NCBI RefSeq assembly: GCF_006345805.1
Contig: NC_042997.1
Span: 104,160,001-104,224,000, forward strand
Source of the DNA: Octopus sinensis
Taxonomy: Eukaryota
Length of the DNA: 64,000 nt
Reading direction: 5' to 3'
Shown piece after piece: positions 27,560-39,258 of this stretch (within the stretch, counting starts at the first letter, position 1; the number at the start of each line of letters is the position of its first letter). A program made the position numbers and the translations under genes. Under the pieces are notes generated by a model that did not search any database, was not told where the DNA came from, and saw only the letters and a program-made list of their open reading frames with translations.

Positions 27560-27610
<51 letters not shown>

Positions 27611-27624
27611 TATATAAAAGGGCT

Positions 27625-27691
27625 TAGTAAAATACTGAACACTCAGTAAAATACTGAACGCTTAGTAAAATACTGAACACTTGGTGAAATT
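27625..27691. repeat. 19-bp minisatellite, ~3.5 copies
   Basis: CTTAGTAAAATACTGAAC(A/G) units. Confidence 0.85.
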
Positions 27692-27730
27692 GATTAATAA
27701 TTAATTAATTTTGCCCTCAATTGTTGAAAT

Positions 27731-27762
<32 letters not shown>

Positions 27763-27880
27763 TATGCATATATATACACATACATACTTACATATGAATA
27801 GAAATGTAGAAAAACAAGGACAGAAAGACGGTAGAGAAAATGAAGTCGACATACTTAGCTTTTTTTCTTTTTTTTTTAAT

Positions 27881-28095
27881 GCCAACAAGGGGCTAAACAT
27901 AGAGGGGACAAAGACAGACAAAGGGATTAAGTCGATTAGATCTACCCCAGTGCGTAACTGGTACTTATTTAATCGACCCTGAAAGGATTAAAGGCAAAGT
28001 CGACCTCGGCAGAATTTGGACTCAGAACGTAACGGCATACGAAATACCGCTAAGTATTTCGTCCGGCGCGTTAACGTTTCTGCCAGCTCACTGAC
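27881..28095 (-). mobile_element. SINE family B copy
   Basis: Homologous to 40121-40330 and 55969-56170. Confidence 0.78.
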
Positions 28096-28104
28096 ATTTA
28101 TCAA

Positions 28105-28980
28105 CATATTTCTTTTACTTTTATTTCTTTGGTGCGTTTGAGCCACGCAGCAGCGGCCATGATTTTGTACCTTCTCCACGGATTATTCAGCTGATATCTT
28201 CAGCATGGTGGGATTTCATTTCACCATACTTGCATGTACTTTACTCTGTTTATTGGCTCATTTATTGTAGGGGTTAGTTTCAAAATGCTGGTCTGGTAGA
28301 GCCTTTAGATGTGGGTTGACGGTATATTTTGTTTAAAGCAATGTCAAAATTATTTACTAGAACCTTCTAGAATATTCCATGTGTAGATTATTACATATTT
28401 CTCGCGTCTTCCTTCCTGTGAGTAAAAGCGTAGCTTTTCATCATCTCCCTGTAATTATCTGCTGCATTGTTGCAATCATTTTAGTGTAATAACATTGGAT
28501 CGCTCTGAGCTCTGCTGTTAATGTAGCACTATATGGTGACAACAACTGGGAGCAGTTGTCCAGGCGGTTACCCATAATTGTTTTCCACAGGGTCGACATG
28601 ACTTCTTGGTCTCTTGTCCTAAAGGAATTTAGTGTTCATCCTATCACTTGTCTGCACTTTGTTGTCATCTTGGTAATGTGCATATGAAATGATGCATCAT
28701 TACATTGTGATTCTCTGTCTCTTAATATCTGTAATTCTGTAATTGCAATGCCTTCGGGTCCTAAATATTCAGACCTTGTTGCATTTGTGGGTTGATAGCA
28801 CACTGATTGGAATTTTCCAGCATTAAACCGAGTGGGACGTAAATGCAATAAACCCACTTGTTTATTGTATTTACGTCCCACGGTAAGATTGTGAAATTGT
28901 TAGGATTCTTTATTGTCTGTGATAATTTTCTATCAGAAGTTATGCTGATGATACTAAATTATTACAGGCAATAGGTTGTT
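28105..28980 (-). mobile_element. CR1-like LINE 3' part with inverted 5' segment, decayed
   Basis: Minus strand RFNAGKFQ...HITKMTTKCRQVIG, then SFRTRDQEVMSTLWKT...NCSQLLSP; RT motif SYADDTKLLQAI lies on the + strand at 28938-28973. Confidence 0.7.
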
Positions 28981-29299
28981 TGAGTATTGAAACCATGGTA
29001 CGTAGGTAATCATTTCTTATTTCGTATAGTTTCATTTGTTTTGATCACTTTTACATTTTGGCGTTTTGCTGAGATTTTTCTTGAGAACACACTCTTCGTG
29101 GTAATGGCGATTTGAAGTCTATGTTTAGCATATTAAGTGTCAACTTTAGTGGTCATTCCTCTTAATTTTGTATGTAACATTTTTTAATCTTCGGATTTTT
29201 AAAAATATGCTAAGCCACTGGTTTTAATTGATTAATATCAATTTCTACCCTTATTATTTAATTTTACATACATATGTATATATATGTACCACGTGAAGG

Positions 29300-29746
29300 C
29301 AAAAATTATACGCACTTTCACCATAACATATCTTTATTATTGCCACACTGCCTTCTGCGCATGCGTGCTTATAGTTGGTATTATTGTGGTCACATAATCG
29401 AAATTTGAGCCTGATCACACTATTTCTCATTCTGGCTTTACAGTGTAAGCATGACCACTCCACTATCAATGTACACCAAAGAAGAGCAACGAGCAGTGTT
29501 TCGATTTCTGCGGAAAATGGGTGTACGATCAACAGTTCAAGATACAGCAATTCGCACCAAACGCGGAACCCTATTGTTGAAGAAACTTTTGTTATTGCAT
29601 GACGATGCACACCCACACACGGCTGCCCATACCGTTGAAACCATTAACCAATTGGGTCTTGAGGTGCTGGAACACCCTGCTTACAGCCCAGATCTCGTCC
29701 CTTCTGACTATCATATCTCTGGATCGCTCAAAGATGGTTTACGAGG
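29300..29746 (+). mobile_element. Internally deleted mariner transposase remnant
   Basis: YTKEEQRAVFRFL N-terminus joined to LLLHDDAHPHTA...EHPAYSPDLVPSDYH. Confidence 0.85.
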
Positions 29747-30158
29747 TATTAGACAGTTTAAGCATATATTCATTAAATTTGGCTGAAATTGATCGATGGG
29801 CGTTTAGCCCAATCGGATGCGCAAGGATTTGTGTAAGCATTGATTTGTTGGTTCGATTCTGGCTATGAATAGCTTATAATTTTCTGTAATTTGTTTGTAT
29901 TTAAAAATTGTCGCTATGATATATCATAATACAGTTATTATTATACTATGATTTATCTATGATTCAGCCTTTCTGGTTTGTATACAAACATTAGACAGTA
30001 TAAGTATATATTCATTAAAATTTGGCTGAAATTATTGGATGAGCATTTATCCCAATCGGATGTGCAAGGAGCCGCGTAAGCGTTGATTTTTGGGTTCGAT
30101 CTTAGCTGGATTAGCTCATCATTTTTCGGTCATTTGTTTGTATTTAAAAAATTGTCGC
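29747..30158. repeat. Diverged direct duplication, period ~243 bp
   Basis: TTAGACAGT..AAG.ATATATTCATTAAA.TTTGGCTGAAATT...TTTGTTTGTATTTAAAAATTGTCGCT occurs twice. Confidence 0.8.
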
Positions 30159-31627
30159 TTCAAATTGGAGAATCAATAATATCAATATGCCAACTTTTTA
30201 TTTTTGTAAGGACATACCTGTGGTGTGTGTCACACTTACCTCAAAGGAAGAAGTGAGTGGTAGAGCAGGAGAGAGGACAGAGAGGAAGTTAGAGAGAAAG
30301 ATGGAGAGTGAGAGAGAAAGACAGAGAGAGTGAGAGACAGTAACAGGCGTTCGTTTTGTGCTTTTAAATGTTTATCAGTATTTTCAGAATAGACTGAGAC
30401 ATACATCGCAAGAAAAGTAGATACATAGATCCAAAGAAAAGTTGATGCATAGATAATACACACATTGTTAAATTAAAGGCAGGAGAGAGAAGGGACACAG
30501 AGGAAACGAGAGAGAAAGTGAGTGACACAGTAGATACATAGATCAAAAGAAAAATTTCACTTTTCATTATCCCACTAGGATAAAATTGACTCGCAATAGG
30601 TTGAGTATTCCATAGACATGCATACCATTAACGTAGTTCTCAAGGAGATTCAGCTTCACAAAGACTATGACAAGGCTGGCCCCTTTGAATTAAAGCTACA
30701 ACTCAGTTTGGCCTGCTGAGTGGACTGGAGCAAGATAAACCTTCAAGTGCTTGAAAGAAAAGGGAAAAAGATCGTATACAGGGGTAGGAAAATCGTTTTA
30801 GTCGTTACGGTCACTATGGGTGTTAATCCTGTCCTAAAAGCCGCATATGTGGGTCTCACAGATCCTCAGGCCAAGCCCCGAGATTAATACCGATGCGCAG
30901 GCTGTTGTTATCAAACTAAGCGTGAGTCGAGGGCGAATACACGACGGAACAGCAATTATTTTGTCTTAGCATTCACTGCTTATACTAAACACATGACATT
31001 TTTGCCTTACAGTATGGAACATTTCCTTTATTTCCATTCTTTTTAAAAAATGGCACTCCCTCAGTTATGACGAAGAAGTTCCTGTTAATTTGATAAATGG
31101 ATCAGTTTGCTAATAAAATAAACGCGCAACTCGCTTAGTACTCCACAGACATGCATACCATAACGTAGAATGTGACAAGGCCGGCCCTTTTGAATTACAA
31201 CTACAACTTCTGAGTGGACTGCAGAAAGGTGAATCGTACTCATTACTTTACGATCGTGGGCCGAATATCCCTAACCACTGAGCCGCGCATCTTCACTCTG
31301 TTAAGCGTAAGGAAAAAGAGTTAAGCGATAGAGACAGAGAAAGGAAAGCATCAGGCATTTACAATGACAATTAGACTGAAATAAGTTCGATATTTTCTAG
31401 CTCCTTTACTTTTACGAATGTAGAAGACGGGAAAACATTTAATCATGAATAGAGGGGAAGTCTTTCGGGTGTTTAAGTTTTTATTGTGGGAGTTCTAGAA
31501 CGATCAAGTGTTAGTTCTCCCTTTTTTTCTCTCACTTCCGGTACTTATTCGCCTTCTTCATGTCTTTTATTTTGTGGGGAAAGGCCATGTTTTTTTCTTC
31601 AGATACATTTATTCTCTTCATTACTAT

Positions 31628-31810
31628 TACTTGACAACCGATATTGGTGTGTTTGCGTCCCAATAACTTAGCTTTTCGGCAGAAGCGAGTGATACAATAA
31701 GCATCAGGCTTACAAGGAATAAGTACAGGGGTCGATTTCTTCGACTAAAGGGTGGTGCTTCAGTATGATCACCGTGAAATAACTGAAACAAGTAACAGAA
31801 TAAAAGAATA
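31628..31810 (+). mobile_element. SINE family A, 3' half
   Basis: CTTGACAACCGAT...GGGGTCGATTT...ACTGAAACAAGTAA. Confidence 0.7.
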
Positions 31811-32012
31811 CCAGAACAAGTTTCTTTGAATATGTACGATATATTTTAAGGCTAAATAGTAATTCTGTTCACTTTTACGTAACTGAGATATTTTTATTGG
31901 ATTATATAGTTATTGGTTTTATACTTCTTTCTATACTCTCTAACAGTCACAATATAGAAATATTTCGCATGGCTACAGGACACAATATACAGATGCTTAC
32001 ATTTTTTATATT

Positions 32013-32041
32013 ATCCGTGAGGCTTTCACGGGTCCGGCTAG
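32013..32041 (+). mobile_element. Helitron-like 3' terminus
   Basis: Hairpin CCGTGA-GGCTT-TCACGG, then CTAG a few nt downstream followed by T. Confidence 0.5.
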
Positions 32042-32175
32042 TATATGAGTATATATTATGATATGTTATCATACAGTTATTTTTATACTATGAGTCTACC
32101 ATACTAGCTTTCTGTACGTAGCTTGCAAGGCCTTTCTGGTTTGTTTACAAATATTATATTCATATATATTCATAT

Positions 32176-32240
<65 letters not shown>

Positions 32241-32274
32241 AAACGTTATCCTAACTTTTGACCCTATACTGTAA

Positions 32275-32310
<36 letters not shown>

Positions 32311-32410
32311 AAGAAGGGTAGTAATATTATTTACTACCAGGTGCCCAGCACAAAAGACGAATTAGTCATAAGACAAAAATATTATTCATATAGAAAAATA
32401 TTATTCATGT

Positions 32411-32710
32411 AGTTATACAATTAAGGGCTCCTAAATAATGCGCAGAGATTTGAAAAGTTAAGATCTGCTAGTAGTCGGGTTTAACGTATAGCCCCACATC
32501 GCTGCAGACCTCGATTAAATTCAGGCAACTCGCTGATGAAGCTGGCCTTAGCAAACATATTCTGTGTTTTGCTAGAAAGAAGCAGAAACCGCGGTACGAG
32601 TTGTTAAAGTTATCGGTAAACGTTTTTGATTTTCACTCTCGATAAATTCATCCCCTTTTTGTGTTCCCAGCACTCGGCATCTTTATTTAGGAGCCCTTAA
32701 TTGTATAACT
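32411..32710. mobile_element. MITE with perfect 28-bp terminal inverted repeat
   Basis: AGTTATACAATTAAGGGCTCCTAAATAA (32411-32438) and its exact reverse complement (32683-32710). Confidence 0.85.
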
Positions 32711-33161
32711 ATATATATATATATATATATATATACAATTTGGAAAAACAAATTTCCAAATCAATCACGTGTAAACCTTCAGCGTTATATGCATCTACAT
32801 ATCATACTTTGGGGTCTTATTTACCGTATATTTATATATTAATCTATAAATATACAAAGTATCTGATAAAAGTCAATATTCAATTTTGGGGGATTAATCG
32901 ATATGCGGTTATTCTATTTCAGATAATACAAAAGTAGCCTAATGGGTATATCTGACAGTAAACTCATGGTATCAGTTTGCACATCACGAAATAATACTTA
33001 AAGGATATAACCCAAATTACCAGCTGGGTATATAAATTTACTTCATTAATTATATCATTCTTTAGTTAATACTTATATTTATTAAATATGGAGGAACTAC
33101 ACGTGTTTCAGTATTGGAAGATTACAATATATATACATATACACTACTGTATACTTATGTA

Positions 33162-33248
<87 letters not shown>

Positions 33249-33800
33249 TATATATACGTATATGCAATCGTCAGATTTACAATTATTCCAACACATCTTC
33301 AGGTTCTATTTCAAAATATTATATATCTAATTTTACATCCCTTTAAAAATAAGCAATACAATTAAGCATTAAAGATTAAAAATTACGAATAAAAATTATA
33401 CTTTGTACTATTAAGAATTAACATTTATAAATTGTACATTATAAATATGAACTAGTATATATATATATATCATGTAAAATCAAGTATATGTCAAATGAAG
33501 AATATGAGATATACGATTAAACAGCTGAATAAAAATATCTGTGTTTAAATGTGATATATAACAAAGTATTATTTCATATATATATATATATTCTCTGCTA
33601 CTTCTTTTCATATTCTCTCTCTGTTTATTTCATCGTCTTCTTTTCTGTTCAAGAACGTTGTTGGCTCTAAACATAAGACTTTCTCACCTTCCCGGGCATC
33701 AAATTAATTCACCTGTTTGTTGTTTATACAATTGTCCTCGTCTTTTGTTTTTCTGTAAATTTCTACTCTATGTACATATACACACACACACACACACACT

Positions 33801-33883
<83 letters not shown>

Positions 33884-33894
33884 ACACTCATAAA

Positions 33895-34268
33895 GAATAA
33901 GGAGAAAATGGAGAGGTAATTACTAAAATTATTTATTAATTATAAAATATGACATCTCTGACAGCTGTTTCGTTTCAGAAATCTTTAGATGAATTAATTT
34001 ACAAAATTAAAATCATTATAAGATGAATCTCTTCAGAGGTAGTACAAACATACCGATTAGAAATATATTTTGAGATAACGGCTATAAACCGTCAACATGT
34101 ATTTCTAATCGATATGTCTTTACTATCTCAGAAGTGATTCATCTAATAATGATTTTAATTTTATCAATTAATTATCTAAAGATTTGTGAATCGAAACAAC
34201 TGTCAGAGATGTTGTCATATTCTATAATTAATAATATTATTAATTACCTTTCCATTTTCTCCTTATTC
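33895..34268. repeat. Whole-element fold-back palindrome (~180-bp diverged arms), each arm a degenerate hammerhead
   Basis: Left end GAATAAGGAGAAAATGGAGAGGTAATTA versus reverse complement of right end GAATAAGGAGAAAATGGAAAGGTAATTA; similarity continues to the centre near 34085. Confidence 0.85.
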
Positions 34269-34419
34269 TGTAAATATTTAAAAATATAGGTACCACAGTT
34301 TATATGGTTACCTTATAGCTGAACTTGCTAGAGATTGGAAACTAACCAGTATTTTCGTTGGATTTATGATCCCTTAATGAGGTTTATTACCTTTACTTTA
34401 TATACATACATACATATAT

Positions 34420-34671
34420 ATCACTACTACTTTATTATCTCCCTTCTTCCTAGCTCTCTTGTCTGACCCCTCTTTTCGGCAGTGGCGATGATAGATCGCT
34501 AGCCACTAAACCTTCTTTTATTTTCTCCCTCTTTTTATTTCTGTGTTCCTTTCTGTTGAAGAGCGTAGGCTCAAAACGTAAAAAACGTTCTTACTTCCCG
34601 AGCGTTAGACTAATACATCTTTTTGTTGTTTACACACCCGTCTTCGTCTTCTGATTTTTTTCATTAAATTC

Positions 34672-34676
<5 letters not shown>
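34420..34676 (+). mobile_element. Second copy of the CUGUUGA hammerhead-like repeat
   Basis: CCTTTCTGTTGAAGAGCGTAGGCTCAAAACGTAAAA at 34548-34583; 3' end abuts (TA)n. Confidence 0.5.
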
Positions 34677-34708
<32 letters not shown>

Positions 34709-34724
34709 GTATTTATGTGTGTGT

Positions 34725-34905
34725 GTCTCTTTGTGTCTGTGTTTGTCCCTCCACCATCGCTTGACAACTGGTCTTGGTGTGTAGTGTGTTTATGTCCCTG
34801 TAAGATAGCGTTTCACCAAAGAGACTGGGGTCGATTTCTTCGACTAGAAACCCATTAAGGCGGTGCTCCAGCATAGCCGCTTTCAGATGAACGAAATTGA
34901 TAAGA
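34725..34905 (+). mobile_element. SINE family A, 3' half
   Basis: Homologous tail. Confidence 0.65.
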
Positions 34906-34916
34906 GAATATATATA

Positions 34917-35164
34917 TTGGGTTGGTGCATAATCATTTCAGCTTTTTTTCAACAAATTTTATTCAACAAAAACAATAACATGTAACAAAAACATATTAAA
35001 ATGATTATTCCGGAGCATATTCACCATTTACTTTAATTACTACTTCTCATTTGCCTGGCAGACGGTCAGACCGTCATTTAAAGTTGTTTTTGTTAAATAT
35101 TATTATTGATTTTGCTGAATAAAATTAGTTGAAAAAAAGCCGCAATAATTATGCACCAACCCAA
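34917..35164. mobile_element. Mariner-type MITE (Hsmar1/MADE1-like TIRs)
   Basis: TTGGGTTGGTGCATAAT(C/T)ATT(T/G)C(A/G)GCTTTTTTT TIRs flanked by TA. Confidence 0.88.
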
Positions 35165-35309
35165 TATATATATATATACGTGTACACACACGTACACACA
35201 CGCGTGCGAGTACGCGAAAGCACATATAAATTGACTTAGATTTATATAAGATGCATAAGATCTGTTCATCAAATCTAAGTAGAGATTTCAAACTTTAAAT
35301 CTTCGAAGC

Positions 35310-35713
35310 CACAGTCGAACCAATTCTACAATATGGCTCAGAAACCTGGACGTTATCAAAGAAGTTTGAGAGGCGGTTGGATGGAACTTACACTCGCCTC
35401 CTTATGAGAGCTCAAAATCTCTCGTGCAAGCGTCATCCAACCAAAGTACAAATATATGGGAAATTACCACCTGTATCATCTCTTGTTTTCTGGACATTGT
35501 TGTAGAGCTGAAAACGAGGTAATTTCTGCTCTTCTCCTCTGGAAGCCATCTGCTCGCGATACCAGAGGGCGCACACTCTCCTAACTTGATGTAATCTCCA
35601 GGGATACAGGCATCCAGCAACAGGACCTCCGTAATGCTATGATGGACCGTGAAGTCTGGCGTAATATAGTAAATTCCATTGTCTCGACCTCGGTCGAACA
35701 ATGATGATGATGA
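35310..35713 (+). mobile_element. RTE-clade LINE 3' end
   Basis: VEPILQYGSETWTLSKKFERRLDGTYTRLL...DLRNAMMDREVWRNIV followed by a (GAT)n tail. Confidence 0.8.
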
Positions 35714-36113
35714 TAAATTGATCTTGGTGGTATTTCAACTCAGAACGTGATAAATCAGAATAAAAATCGCAATACATTTTGTCCGATTCACCAATGATTC
35801 ACTGCAATAAAAAAAACAACTGTTGTAATAACCAAACGTAAGTCAAGAAAATAAACATTTGCTTCTGATTTGATTATTTATACATTGAGGATAGTGTATA
35901 AACTAGTTGCGGTACAAATAAACACCTAATAAACACAAGCTTTTCTGCCTATAAACATAAACGTCCGTATACATGCATACTCCTACATATGTACGTAGTA
36001 ACTTTCCTATATGTGTGTATGTGTGCAAAGAGAGAGTTATGTGTCGTGTTTATATACTTAACTACGTTGTAAAAAAGAGAAGCAGCTTTAACATACTTGC
36101 GACAATACACTTG

Positions 36114-36325
36114 TACTCTTTTACTTGTTTCAGTCATGTAACTGTGGCCATGCTGGAGTACCACCTTTAGTCGAGCAAATTGACCCCAGGACTTATTCTT
36201 TGTAAGGCTAGTACTTGTTCCATCGGCCTCTTTTGCCGAACCGCTAAGTTACGGGGACGTAAACACACCAGCATCAGTTGTCAAGCGATGTTGGGGGACA
36301 AACACAGACACACAAACATGCACAA

Positions 36326-36374
<49 letters not shown>

Positions 36375-36522
36375 CATATATACGACGGGCTTCTTTCAGT
36401 TTCCGTCTACCAAATCCACTCACAAGGTTTTCGTCAGCCCGAGGCTATAGTAGAAGACACTTGCCCAAGGTGCTACGCAGTGGGACTGAACCCGGAACCA
36501 TGTGGTTCGTAAGCAAGCTACT
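36114..36522 (-). mobile_element. SINE family A copy
   Basis: Close match to 62760-63150. Confidence 0.8.
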
Positions 36523-38871
36523 TTATTTCATGAATTTGTCATATAGACAGTACAAAGAGCTTTGCGGGCTGGACAAACACATTAATGAATGAAAATGAAT
36601 TATAATGAATAAATGAGAGACGAAACCCAACACCCGCCGATTGGATTTTTCTCGAAAACATATTTTCTTTTTTTTTTTAAATCAATATAAGGTTTCGAAC
36701 CTTTTACAAAGAGGAGGCACTAAAACCTCTTACTTAACATATTTTCTTTTTTCTTTACGCATAAAATTGTTAAGCGATTATTTTAATCAAGCTACGAATA
36801 GGTATTCACCATAAACGAAGACAAAAGATGTTCTCGGATGCGAGATAAAGGCGACAACGACGAGTAACTATTATGCTTGTGTTCCATTATTGGTCACACG
36901 AACCTGTGATTGACTCAATGAAACTTTTCATGGCCGATGTGACATCAGTTTTTGCTATTCGGTAAATAAAAGTGTGTGAAAGTCATCGTCGGGTTATATT
37001 AGTCGGCCTAAGTATAGATATCTAAATGTTATAGTAGGAATCGACTGATTTTCATGCCTACACGTATCTCGAAATCATAAGCACATCCTGTGTACCCAAA
37101 AATCACTGCAAGATAGAATTGGCATTCCATTAAAGGTTCGTTATAAAATCTAGACATGTGTAACATATCGACAATATCTTTTTAGTGATAACATTTGGAA
37201 ATCTCATAATTTATCGCGAATTCATTTAATTGCATATTCTGTTTAAATGCATAACATTTTCAATCAACAAAGATACGGAATTAAGCAGAGTCACTTTACT
37301 TGTGAATCCAAAGGATTTACGTGACAACCTTAAGATGTAATCTTATAGACAAATATAACGAGAAACATCGATTAAGCAAAAATCATAACAGCAAAATTCT
37401 TTATAGAAAGCTTATAGTATTACTACTAAGTTCGCTAAAAAAAGCTGTTAATTCTTTTATTATTTATTAGTGTACATCATCTCCAACAATCCTAAAATAT
37501 ATTTGTTATTTTTCCCCACTGAGTGCTAAACAGTTAAATGTTATTCCTTTTTGTTTCACCTTTGAACTCGATAATTTTTCTCAGAATCAAAACATATTAA
37601 CTTGGAATCCGCTGTTTTAAGTATAATCTGATAGTATTTGCCACTTTAGTGACTGCACATCTCTGGGCCGTTTACATTAGCTTTGGATAAACTTGTACAG
37701 ATGAAGGATCGCTGATTGTGTGAAGTAGCTAAAAATATATGTTGACACACATGAAAGGCACTGTTTAAAAGTAAAATCAAAGCACACTTAGAAAGGTGGA
37801 AGTGTAAATACTAGTCAAAGCTTTGGTATTATCTTGTAGCTGATGTGATGAAAGGATCAGCGAATGACCGATAAGTTGTTAGAAGGTGTCGGAAGGAAAC
37901 GTTGAGTTTGCCAGAAAACTCAAAATGTTATGTTTAAGGTCAGACAACAAAAAGAAAGATAGAGATTGACAAGATAAGAAAAGAAGGAAAAAGACATTGA
38001 GTGATAAAGGAAATGAAAGGAAAAGAATTGTTGAAGATGTTAAGTAGAAGAATAAGAAATGAATACAAGAGAAAATTAAATCAATAAAGAAAACGATTAA
38101 CCAGAATTTAAACACAAGTATAGAAAACAAACGAAAACAGAATTGAAGACAGACAAGTACTAAGAATAAATTAATGACTGGAAAAGATCTACATTGACTT
38201 AAAAAATTAAAAACAAAGAAAGTAATGAAAACTGGAAATTCCGCTTTTTTTATATTTTCTTTTCTCAAGAGAAAAACAAGAATTCTACAGCTTCCCTTTT
38301 CATTCTACTAAAAATGATGACATAAAAGAGTAAGTATTATTAATTAATTATTCTTCTAACCATTTGTTTCCTTTAATTAATTTCCTTCATCTTAAATTCC
38401 CTCAAAGCTGCCATCAGCTTTAAGTCATCTCGTTTCATCTTTGTATCTCATTTGACTTTATTATTTTTAATACGCTTATTGCTTTAATCACTCGTAATCA
38501 TATTTATTCCATAATTATTTCATTATTTTTTCCTTCCTTTCTTTTTCTTAACTAATTTCCCTTCTTTTCTAATTAGTTTTTTGTTCAAACTCTTTCTATC
38601 CTTAATGTAGGAGGCAGATTACGTGGTTAAGAAATTTGATTCTCAGGAACATAGTTCCAAGTTCGATTCTCGACAAGTAAGCATCTTGGGCAAGTATCTT
38701 CTATGTCTTCTACCAGACTGATTTATCGAACCGAAATTTACAATAGATTTTACACTATTCTCCGTGTTTAGTCACTTTATCATTTAGTAAATGTACAGTT
38801 GTTAACCTTAAATCGCATCCTTTAATGTAATAACACTACCACACATACAAATGCATGCATGCATTTATCAG

Positions 38872-39210
38872 TTGAGGATGAGACCTCCTTCGGTCATGAA
38901 TGACCATGGGATTGCACCTAGAAAGTTACCCTCCGAGGCACAAGTCTGGGCAAGGTTGTTTGTGGAATGCCAGCAGTCGCCCATGCAAACCACACTCCCC
39001 TCTCCACACCACCGATGTTGTCCAAGGGAAAGGCAAAGACCGATACAGCTTGGCGCCAGCGAAGTCGAAAGGCATTTCTACAGCTGAGTTAACTGGAGCA
39101 ACGCGAAATAAAGTGTCTTGCTCAAGAACACAACACACAGCCCTGTCCGGGAAACGGACTCACAACATCACGATCGTAAGCTGGACGCTCTAACCACTGA
39201 GCCATGCGCC
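38872..39210 (-). mobile_element. tRNA-derived SINE, family C
   Basis: Minus-strand head AGGCGCATGGCTCAGTGGTTAGAGCGTCC... followed by TTCTTGAGCAAGACACTTT; related decayed pieces at ~30570-30760 and ~31100-31295. Confidence 0.7.
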
Positions 39211-39216
39211 TTATCA

Positions 39217-39258
<42 letters not shown>

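Larger units (their letters stand above)
24934..27565. mobile_element. Tandem array of ~360-bp hammerhead-containing monomers (candidate non-LTR retrozyme / Penelope pseudo-LTR derivative) with an inverted left arm
   Basis: Near-identical monomers: ~1.5 copies in one orientation (24934-25483), then ~5.8 copies in the opposite orientation (25484-27565). (TA)n on both sides. No ORF. Confidence 0.85.

Noticed and set aside
25484-27565. CRISPR-like or simple satellite interpretation of the 362-bp array
   Set aside because: There are no unique spacers (whole monomers are identical) and no cas genes; the context is eukaryotic. The hammerhead fold explains the repeat better than plain satellite DNA.
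30820-30890. Stem GTGTTAATC/GATTAATAC enclosing CCAAGCCC (twister- or HDV-like?)
   Set aside because: I could not build the required pseudoknots or P1/P2 pairings.
32535-32575. CTGATGA-AGCT..AGC-AAAC inside the 28-bp-TIR MITE
   Set aside because: It lacks the G of GAAA and a convincing stem I and stem III; probably chance.
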